From a virus, in the IMG/VR virus record IMGVR_UViG_3300022602_000037: 64,000 nucleotides of DNA. One strand, given 5' to 3'. Of the stretch, positions 41,643-49,070 are shown in pieces. The notes under the pieces were generated by a model. It searched no databases. It had not been told where the DNA came from and was given only the letters and a program-made list of their open reading frames with translations. Each line of letters starts with the position of its first letter. Positions within the stretch are counted from its first letter, which is position 1. Both the position numbers and the translations under genes were made by a program.

Positions 41643-42242
41643 ATGATACTGCCTCCTTTTGAATTTCCATTGGTAATTGTTTCTTCGCCACGTTGTGGAA
41701 GCGGAGCCTTAGGATTCCACATACAAAAATTATATGATCGGAATTTTTTTAATGAGCCAGATGCAAATCCAGATAAATTAAAGAAATTTTTAGATTTTAC
41801 AAAAACTAGCAACGAATATATTGTAAAATTTTTAGGTAATTCAATAAAAAATTATCCTGGGGGTTTTCAAGAAAAGTTGTTCAGTGGAAAATTCAATACT
41901 ATTAAGTTGAGGAGAGAAAATGTTGTCGAACAAATAGCTAGTTATTATGTTGCATGGATTCGAGATAAATGGGCTTATAGAGCAGATGAACTAGACAATT
42001 ATGACCCTACTGCTCCTATTCAAATAGATAAACAAATTATAGACCTTGCAATCAATCATATACGATTTGAAAATAATATTGTAAAAAATTTTAAGGCAGA
42101 TATCTCTCTAACTTACGAACAAATAACAGAAAATATAGATGCAGGTATTATTGTAAAAACACCAATACCTGCAAACTACGATGAAGTAATAGACTTAGTT
42201 CTTAAAAGGTACGATTTATGGAAAAGCCGATACGCATCTTAA
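41643..42242 (+). CDS. sulfotransferase-like protein (Stf0-type)
   Basis: SSPRCGS 5'-PSB-like loop, FNEP, LRRENVVEQIAS, LTYE. Confidence 0.65.
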   Translation: MILPPFEFPLVIVSSPRCGSGALGFHIQKLYDRNFFNEPDANPDKLKKFLDFTKTSNEYIVKFLGNSIKNYPGGFQEKLFSGKFNTIKLRRENVVEQIASYYVAWIRDKWAYRADELDNYDPTAPIQIDKQIIDLAINHIRFENNIVKNFKADISLTYEQITENIDAGIIVKTPIPANYDEVIDLVLKRYDLWKSRYAS

Positions 42243-43000
42243 TAATGGGTTTACCTGGTTCAGGTAAGACTACACTAGCAAAAGCCCTGGCCTCTCGAAT
42301 AACTGCTTCTTGGTTTAATGCTGACGAAGTACGTAAACAATATAACGACTGGGACTTTAGTCACGAAGGACGCATCCGACAAAGCCATCGTATGCGAGAA
42401 CTAGCAGATGACAGCCATGCTAAATTTGTTATCTGCGATTTTGTAGCACCGCTGGTTGAAATGCGTAATAACTTCAAAGCAGATTGGACCATCTGGATAG
42501 ACACCATTCGAGAAGGACGTTATGCAGATACTAATGCAATGTTCCAAGAACCAGAATATTATGATTTTCGTATCACGGAACAGGATGCTGAAAAATGGGC
42601 AGACTTTATAGCTGATCACATCTTAGACAATCGCAGACGACCTACATTTGATTGGAAAAAAGAAACTGTGCAAATGTTAGGACGTTGGCAACCCTGGCAC
42701 GATGGTCATAGAGCTTTATTTGAAAGATTACTCGCCCGCACAGGACAAGTTGTTATTCAAGTGCGCGATGTACAAGGGTGGCAAGGATCTAATCCATTTG
42801 CCATAGACCAAGTTAAAAGTTTTATTTGTCGAGATTTAGATCCGCTGTATCAAGGACAATACGAAATACAAGTAGTACCCAATATCGTACATATCGGTTG
42901 GGGCCGAGGAGTAGGGTATACTAGCGGTGAAGAAGTATTCGATGATACGGTAACTGATATTAGTGCTACAAAAATTCGTAAAGAATTAGGATTAAAGTGA
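42218..43000 (+). CDS. cysC: adenylylsulfate kinase-like domain fused to an HxGH nucleotidyltransferase domain
   Basis: GLPGSGKT, NADEVR, DFS.EGR; then MLGRWQPWHDGH ... ISATKIR. Confidence 0.75.
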   Translation: MEKPIRILIMGLPGSGKTTLAKALASRITASWFNADEVRKQYNDWDFSHEGRIRQSHRMRELADDSHAKFVICDFVAPLVEMRNNFKADWTIWIDTIREGRYADTNAMFQEPEYYDFRITEQDAEKWADFIADHILDNRRRPTFDWKKETVQMLGRWQPWHDGHRALFERLLARTGQVVIQVRDVQGWQGSNPFAIDQVKSFICRDLDPLYQGQYEIQVVPNIVHIGWGRGVGYTSGEEVFDDTVTDISATKIRKELGLK

Positions 43001-43182
43001 TTGTAATATTGAAAACGTTAACTTGGAGAATTATTGGCTCCACTTCGACGTTTCTAATAAGTTATATAATAACAGGTCAAGCATTTATTGCCACTAGTAT
43101 TGCAATTATGCAGATGGTAGTAAATACTATACTATATTACATACACGAACTAGTTTGGAACAAAGTAAAAAAGGGCCTATGA
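42997..43182 (+). CDS. DUF2061-like small membrane protein
   Basis: KTLTWRIIG...LYYIHE.VW. Confidence 0.75.
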   Translation: MIVILKTLTWRIIGSTSTFLISYIITGQAFIATSIAIMQMVVNTILYYIHELVWNKVKKGL

Positions 43183-43193
43183 AGGCCCTTTTT
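43168..43193. terminator. bidirectional intrinsic terminator
   Basis: AAAAAGGGCCT-ATGA-AGGCCCTTTTT between convergent genes. Confidence 0.85.
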
Positions 43194-43221
43194 AATGACA
43201 ATCTAAAATAGCTAGGCTATT

Positions 43222-43941
43222 TTATTCTCCATAAACCGCTAACACCTCCTTCACGGCATTATGGCGTTCGATGTCCTTGGCTTCAAATCGAATGATATCG
43301 ATATGTTCCAAATATTCCTTTTGTTCTAGTAGATTGCAAAAATCAATCAAACCGTTATCGCTCAAACGGTCTGCTTGTGCCAAGTCTCCTGTAACAACCA
43401 TCTTACTGCCCTCTCCTAGACGAGTCAGTAACATCTTCATTTGATTAATTGTGGCATTTTGCATTTCGTCTGCTACTATATATGCATTTTTGAATGTGCG
43501 GCCTCGCATATAGGCCAACGGACTTATTTCAATAACACCTTCCTCTAGCATTTTTGCTATTTCTTTAGTTTGATAATATTCGCCCAAGACGTCAAATATA
43601 GGACGAGTCCATGGTGCCATTTTTTCATTTAAGTCACCTGGCAAAAATCCTAAATCTTCATCTACGGACACGGCGGGTCTTGTTACCACGATCTTGTCAA
43701 CCTTGCCTTCCTGGAATAACTTAATCCCGTATTGTACGGCTAGCATGGTTTTACCCGTGCCAGCAGGGCCAATAGCAAGTACTATGCTAGTGGATTCTGC
43801 GTACAGTTTGCTGAGATAAAGTTTTTGATTAGAGTTTCGTGCGTTGATACTGACACGAGTTTTCTTCTGAGGAAGATATGGTTGGAAATCAATGATATTA
43901 ACTTCTGATGTAAAACGCTTTTTCACTCGTTGTTTACTCAT
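43222..43941 (-). CDS. phoH: PhoH-like ATPase
   Basis: GPAGTGKT, TRPAV, LGFLPG, YMRGRT, DEMQN, LTRLG, TGD..Q.D. Confidence 0.95.
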   Translation of the reverse strand: MSKQRVKKRFTSEVNIIDFQPYLPQKKTRVSINARNSNQKLYLSKLYAESTSIVLAIGPAGTGKTMLAVQYGIKLFQEGKVDKIVVTRPAVSVDEDLGFLPGDLNEKMAPWTRPIFDVLGEYYQTKEIAKMLEEGVIEISPLAYMRGRTFKNAYIVADEMQNATINQMKMLLTRLGEGSKMVVTGDLAQADRLSDNGLIDFCNLLEQKEYLEHIDIIRFEAKDIERHNAVKEVLAVYGE

Positions 43942-44101
43942 TAAAGTTGCTCCTACTTTATTGTTAAAGTAAGACTTGTAGTGACCGCCCTGATAACTAC
44001 AGAGGTCCTACACTATTATTTAACGAATACTACAAATAATAAACTGTTATGTTATGATTTGAAACCAGCTAAATAAGTATAGAGGAACCTGGGATAACAA
44101 T

Positions 44102-44665
44102 ATGCATCATGACATTTTAGACGTTATTAAAAATATAGAAGATCTTTATGAAAATAACAGCAGTTTAGCTGTTCTTAAAGACTTTGAACGTGTTCTAGAC
44201 GAAATGGACATGTATGTGTACGAAAACTGGGAAGACGGTGAGTTAGCCTACGGTCCTAAAGTAGATCGTCACTGGATCACAGCAGGTTTCATGTGGGATA
44301 AAGATAAAATGCCTAATCCTGTGGCAGCCAAACGATTAACAGAATTAGGCTGTAAAGTTACATATCAGAAGAGCCATTTGCTAGAACCACGCAAGATACG
44401 CACTCCAGAAGATATTAGACCGAATAGTAAAAAAGGTCGGTTAGATCGTAAACCCATTTGGATTGTAGAAATTACAATGCCTAAAAAAGTAGCCTTTGAT
44501 ATGTATAAGGGCTATATGGACAAGATGAAAAATGAAAACAGACAGCCTGGATCAGGTCCTGGAGAAGCACAAGCGCCGGGAGCCGCACCTGCACCGGCAG
44601 CGCCAGCGGCACCAGGAGGAGCGCCAGCAGGTGGTGGAGCAAATCCAGCAGCCGCACCAGCATAA
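44102..44665 (+). CDS. hypothetical phage protein with Pro/Ala-rich tail
   Basis: 187-aa ORF; CTAAATA late-type motif at 44069. Confidence 0.75.
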   Translation: MHHDILDVIKNIEDLYENNSSLAVLKDFERVLDEMDMYVYENWEDGELAYGPKVDRHWITAGFMWDKDKMPNPVAAKRLTELGCKVTYQKSHLLEPRKIRTPEDIRPNSKKGRLDRKPIWIVEITMPKKVAFDMYKGYMDKMKNENRQPGSGPGEAQAPGAAPAPAAPAAPGGAPAGGGANPAAAPA

Positions 44666-44675
44666 GGAATATAGC

Positions 44676-45407
44676 ATGAGCTTAAATGAAAGTTTACGTG
44701 CGGATGATTTAAGAGATCTTGTTAAAAAAGTTTTCGAGATCGATAGTTTCAAAAGTAAATTAGGAAACGATGAGGATGTTTGTGTACTAAGTTTTACTGT
44801 GGAACATGAAGATCCTGCTAAAGATTTAGAAAATTTTATTGAGATGGGCTACGATTTTGTATTAGATGCAGATTGTACACCCGGCGAACTAGACAGTGGA
44901 AAATATCGTGTATATGTAGAGTTAGAACGTACACGCAATGTTGCAGATCAGATATTTGAAATTATCGAAGGTATTAAAAAATTAACTGGATTATCTGAAA
45001 TGAGATTTCGTTATTTCAAAAGTTTCAAGAGTATGACTGCTACTGAAGAAAATCTAAAACTACTAGTACCAAAAGATAAAAACGAATACAGAACTGTTAC
45101 AGAAAAAAATAAATTAGATAATTTTAGTAATTTCTTTAGTAATAGTTACGCAGATAGTTTAGATGTAATGGAAGAAAGCATTACTTTCAAAAGACCTTTT
45201 AGCGGAAATGTAACATTTAATATATTAAATAGTGGTAGTAAACAAGAAATATATGAAAGTATCAAAGGACCAATTGTATTACAAACAAAAGATATGTCAG
45301 AAGTCATGTTCTTAACTAAAGTAATAGGAAATTATAATATTACTAAAATTGGTACTACCTTTATATTTGAAAATAAAAACTGGGCTGTTGCCCTTGAAAG
45401 GAAATAA
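44676..45407 (+). CDS. hypothetical phage protein
   Basis: MSLNESLR.. start after AAGGA; the longer start in the ORF track overlaps the upstream gene. Confidence 0.7.
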   Translation: MSLNESLRADDLRDLVKKVFEIDSFKSKLGNDEDVCVLSFTVEHEDPAKDLENFIEMGYDFVLDADCTPGELDSGKYRVYVELERTRNVADQIFEIIEGIKKLTGLSEMRFRYFKSFKSMTATEENLKLLVPKDKNEYRTVTEKNKLDNFSNFFSNSYADSLDVMEESITFKRPFSGNVTFNILNSGSKQEIYESIKGPIVLQTKDMSEVMFLTKVIGNYNITKIGTTFIFENKNWAVALERK

Positions 45408-45409
45408 TA

Positions 45410-46039
45410 ATGGCAGATTTTACGTTTGATTTTAGTTTAGATAAGTGTAGAGCAATTCTACAAAATAATCAATATAGCGAACACTGGCACGAAGCATTGT
45501 GTAAAATTCTACCCGACTACGATATTAATACACCAGAACGTGTGGCTTGTTTCTTAGGTCAAACCATGGTAGAATCAGCTGGTTATACAGCTATTATTGA
45601 AAATCTAAACTATCGTCCAGAAACCCTTATGAAGGTATGGCCACACTATTTTCCAACAATGGAAATAGCACAGCAATATGGTCATCATCCAGAACAAATT
45701 GCTAACCGTGCTTATGCTAATCGTATGGGAAACGGTCCGGAAGAATCTGGAGATGGTTGGAAATTCTGCGGTCGTGGATTGATTCAAATTACAGGTAAAG
45801 ACAATTATAGCCGTTTTGCCGAAAGTATAGACACTCCATTAGAAGATATTCCAGAATTCCTAACAACATTTGAAGGTTGTGTACAATCGGCTTGCTGGTT
45901 CTGGGAAGCTAATAATCTAAATGATCTAGCAGACAAAGGCGATGTACTAGGACTTACTAAGAAAATCAATGGCGGTACCTTAGGACTGGCCGAACGTCAA
46001 CAACATACAGCTAATGCACATCAAGTGCTACAAGGTTAA
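45410..46039 (+). CDS. endolysin, glycoside hydrolase family 19
   Basis: FLGQ..ES, ENLNY, ANRAYANRMGN, GRGLIQITG..NY, KINGG..GL.ER. Confidence 0.92.
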   Translation: MADFTFDFSLDKCRAILQNNQYSEHWHEALCKILPDYDINTPERVACFLGQTMVESAGYTAIIENLNYRPETLMKVWPHYFPTMEIAQQYGHHPEQIANRAYANRMGNGPEESGDGWKFCGRGLIQITGKDNYSRFAESIDTPLEDIPEFLTTFEGCVQSACWFWEANNLNDLADKGDVLGLTKKINGGTLGLAERQQHTANAHQVLQG

Positions 46040-46041
46040 TT

Positions 46042-46500
46042 ATGTTTAGTTGGCTAATAGAACAAGCATTAGGTCATTTGCCAGTATGGCTATGGCCAGC
46101 TGTAGCAGGTGCAGGAACTGCTGTTTATTTTCTTGCTCATTTGTTATCAAATTTTCCTAATTTCAAACCTTATGCGTTGTTTATTAAACCTGTAGCATTT
46201 ATAATAATACTTGTAGGTGTTTTTATGTACGGGGGTGCTGGTGTTACAGAAATACTGCAAGCACAGATTAAAGAACAAGAAGCTAAGATAGCAGTTGCTC
46301 AACAAGCTAGTTCGGATGCCAACACAGCAGTACAAACAAAAATTGTAACACATACTAAAGTTATACATGATACACAAGTAGTTTATCAAGAAAAAATTAA
46401 AGAAGTTGAAAAGAAAATAGATGCAGATTGCAAAATAGATACAGAAGCTATAAGCATTCTAAATGGTGCCGCTAAAAATCCATTAGGAGCAACAAAATGA
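46042..46500 (+). CDS. putative inner-membrane spanin (Rz-like)
   Basis: TM segments plus a coiled coil; directly after the endolysin. Confidence 0.65.
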   Translation: MFSWLIEQALGHLPVWLWPAVAGAGTAVYFLAHLLSNFPNFKPYALFIKPVAFIIILVGVFMYGGAGVTEILQAQIKEQEAKIAVAQQASSDANTAVQTKIVTHTKVIHDTQVVYQEKIKEVEKKIDADCKIDTEAISILNGAAKNPLGATK

Positions 46501-46772
46501 AACAATTAATAGTTGCCTCCCTAATTGTATTATTAACCGGTTGTTCAAGTGTAACTGGGCCTAAAATGTCAATGACTTGGCCAGATACGCCTCCAGATCT
46601 TAAAACTTCATGTGCAGATCTAGCACAGGTTGATCCTAACACAACTAAATTGAGCGATGCATTAAATGTAATTACTTCAAATTATAGCCAATACTATCTT
46701 TGTAAAGACAAAGTAGATAACTGGTTAGATTGGTATAGTACACAGCAGAAAATATATAATAGTATTAAATAA
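46497..46772 (+). CDS. putative outer-membrane spanin lipoprotein (Rz1-like)
   Basis: Signal peptide with lipobox LTGC; Pro-rich segment. Confidence 0.7.
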   Translation: MKQLIVASLIVLLTGCSSVTGPKMSMTWPDTPPDLKTSCADLAQVDPNTTKLSDALNVITSNYSQYYLCKDKVDNWLDWYSTQQKIYNSIK

Positions 46773-46801
46773 ATACGTATATAAAGACAAAGGAGCGAGC
46801 A

Positions 46802-47467
46802 ATGTCAGAAAAAAGAGATAACGCAGAATGGATGCAAAGATTGTGGCGTCCGGCAATGGGGTGGATGTATATGCTAATCTGTTTATTAGATATGGCAGTA
46901 TTTCCAGTTCTTTGGGCCTTATGGCAAGGTATTAATCATACACCAATCACACAGTGGAATCCTCTAACACTACAAGGTGCTGGCTTATTCCATATTGCTA
47001 TGGGTGCCGTTTTAGGTATCAGTGCATTTGGTCGTACACAAGAAAAACTAGCAGGTACAGCCGCAAATCCAACTGCTACAAGTCAAACTATCACTAACAA
47101 TCAAAATATGTCAGGCAATGTCGCTGGAGGGTTTGGAAGTGGCCAAGGTAGTATGGGCGGAGGATTTGGCGGATCATCAGGAGGATTTGGCGGTGGAAAC
47201 TCATCATTTGGCGGGGCTCCAGCATTTGGCGCACCTGCGGCAGGAGGATTCGGTTCCTCAACCGGTGGCTTTGGTTCATCAACACCAAACAGTAGCTTCG
47301 GCGGAGGCGGCTTTGGAAGCACACCTTCAACAACAACACCCCCAGCATCAACAGGAGGTTTTGGATCGGGTTTTAACAGCGGGTCAGGAGCAACACCCGC
47401 TACAACGCCAGCAGTAACAGCTAGCGGTAAGAAAGTTGTTCCAACAGCAGATCAACCTGCTTTATAA
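46802..47467 (+). CDS. 3TM-type (GTA-like) holin with FG-repeat C-terminal tail
   Basis: WRPAMGW...GAVLG...FGRT.EK; AATAAATA promoter at 46768. Confidence 0.75.
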   Translation: MSEKRDNAEWMQRLWRPAMGWMYMLICLLDMAVFPVLWALWQGINHTPITQWNPLTLQGAGLFHIAMGAVLGISAFGRTQEKLAGTAANPTATSQTITNNQNMSGNVAGGFGSGQGSMGGGFGGSSGGFGGGNSSFGGAPAFGAPAAGGFGSSTGGFGSSTPNSSFGGGGFGSTPSTTTPPASTGGFGSGFNSGSGATPATTPAVTASGKKVVPTADQPAL

Positions 47468-47477
47468 GGAAAATATT

Positions 47478-47645
47478 ATGAAAAAATTATTAGCATTTTT
47501 AATAGCTAGTTGTGTATTAGCTAGTCCAGTATTAGCAACTGAAAAAGCTAAGGCTCCTGTAAAAAAAGAAGTTAAGCACCACAAAAAAGCAGAAGGCACA
47601 GAAATTGCTGGTACAAAACCAGATACAGCAAAAAAGAAAAAGTAA
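47478..47645 (+). CDS. small secreted basic protein
   Basis: Signal peptide MKKLLAFLIASCVLASPVLA; Lys-rich mature part. Confidence 0.65.
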   Translation: MKKLLAFLIASCVLASPVLATEKAKAPVKKEVKHHKKAEGTEIAGTKPDTAKKKK

Positions 47646-47654
47646 ACCAAAAAC

Positions 47655-47707
47655 TTGACAGGCTCCATTAATGATAGTATAATTACTGTTATTAATGGAG
47701 TTTTTTT
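47655..47707 (+). promoter_or_regulatory. sigma70 promoter nested in a terminator-like hairpin
   Basis: TTGACA-17-TATAAT; 17-bp stem 47663-47700 followed by T7. Confidence 0.8.
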
Positions 47708-47713
47708 ACGACT

Positions 47714-48598
47714 ATGACTGATTATTACCAAACATTAGGTGTTAGCGAAAATGCTAGCCCGGAAGAAATAAAAAAAGCATACCGAACTTTGGCTAATAAA
47801 CACCACCCAGACAAGGGCGGAGATCAAGCCAAATTCAAAGATATTAGTGTTGCCTACGATAATCTAGGCGATCCACAAAAACGTGCAGAATACGACCAAC
47901 AACGACAATTTGGTCATGGGCAACAATTCCATTTCCATACAGGCAATCCTTTTGGCGGTGCAGATCCTTTTGGAGCTATGTTCGGAGCTGGCGGTAGTCC
48001 GTTTCCACAAGGTCATCCATTTAATGATTTATTTGGCAGAGCACGTGGTGGCGGTACAATGCGTAAGAACAGAGATCTAAATATACAATGTACTGTTAGT
48101 TTTGTAGATTCTTATCTAGGAAAACAATTAGAAGCAAACTATAGATTGCCTAGTGGTAAAAATCAAAATGTGGTAATTAATGTTCCGGCCGGTATCACTC
48201 ATGGGGACACTATACGATACCAAGGCCTAGGTGATGATAGTATTCCTAATATCCAGCGAGGGGATTTGAATGTAACTATTTTGGTGCAACCCGATCCTAT
48301 GTTTAGTCGAAATGGGGATGACCTATATACCACATTGTTTATAAATCCTATCGAAGCTATGATTGGTTGTAAGAAATCAATTACCACTATTTCTGGAGGA
48401 TCGATGGATTTAGAAATTCGGCCAGGTGTTGAACATGGTACAGAATTTGCCGCTGGAGGCAATGGATTTACCAATGTAAATACCGGAAGAAAAGGCAGAT
48501 TTGTCACCGTGATCAATATTAGAACACCAGCTATTATCGATCCAGCACTAGTAGCAAGATTGCGAGACATTAATGCTGACATTAATAACATCTCCTAA
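47714..48598 (+). CDS. dnaJ: DnaJ-class chaperone (type II, no zinc finger)
   Basis: DYYQTLGV, HHPDKGG, G/F region, C-terminal domain. Confidence 0.93.
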   Translation: MTDYYQTLGVSENASPEEIKKAYRTLANKHHPDKGGDQAKFKDISVAYDNLGDPQKRAEYDQQRQFGHGQQFHFHTGNPFGGADPFGAMFGAGGSPFPQGHPFNDLFGRARGGGTMRKNRDLNIQCTVSFVDSYLGKQLEANYRLPSGKNQNVVINVPAGITHGDTIRYQGLGDDSIPNIQRGDLNVTILVQPDPMFSRNGDDLYTTLFINPIEAMIGCKKSITTISGGSMDLEIRPGVEHGTEFAAGGNGFTNVNTGRKGRFVTVINIRTPAIIDPALVARLRDINADINNIS

Positions 48599-49070
48599 TC
48601 CAATATTAAAAACTCCTGCTGTTGATTGGGACTTCAGTCAACTGAACGATGCGGCATGGGTTGAAAAAGAAATGATCGAAATTATGAAGAAGTCAAACGG
48701 TCGCGGACTTGCGGCTAATCAAGTTGGACTACTTAAACGTGTATTCATAATTCAGTTAGAAGGGCATCCTACTCCTACTGCCATGTTTAATCCTGTTGTT
48801 AAATTTTCAAGTGAAGTTACAGAGAAGGGAGAGGAAGGGTGTTTAAGTTTTCCCGATCTTTGGTTAAATATTGAACGTCCTGTAGCACTTGATGCCGAAT
48901 ACCTTGACAACACTGGAAAAAAGTGTACAATATCACTTGTAGGCATTGATGCTAGATGTTTTTTACACGAATTAGATCACTTAAATGGAGTTTGTTTTAC
49001 AGATAAAATGAGTCCATTAAAATTAGCATTAGCAATTAAAAAACAAAAGAAAAGGAAACGTAATGGTTGA
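48573..49070 (+). CDS. def: peptide deformylase
   Basis: GRGLAANQVG, EGCLS, HELDHLNG. Confidence 0.95.
   Translation: MLTLITSPNPILKTPAVDWDFSQLNDAAWVEKEMIEIMKKSNGRGLAANQVGLLKRVFIIQLEGHPTPTAMFNPVVKFSSEVTEKGEEGCLSFPDLWLNIERPVALDAEYLDNTGKKCTISLVGIDARCFLHELDHLNGVCFTDKMSPLKLALAIKKQKKRKRNG
48904..48931 (+). promoter_or_regulatory. internal sigma70-type promoter upstream of clpA
   Basis: TTGACA-16 bp-TACAAT inside def. Confidence 0.5.

Noticed and set aside
44532-44675. N-terminal extension of ORF 44532..45407
   Set aside because: It is an alternate-frame reading of the upstream gene's Pro/Ala tail; the RBS supports ATG 44676.
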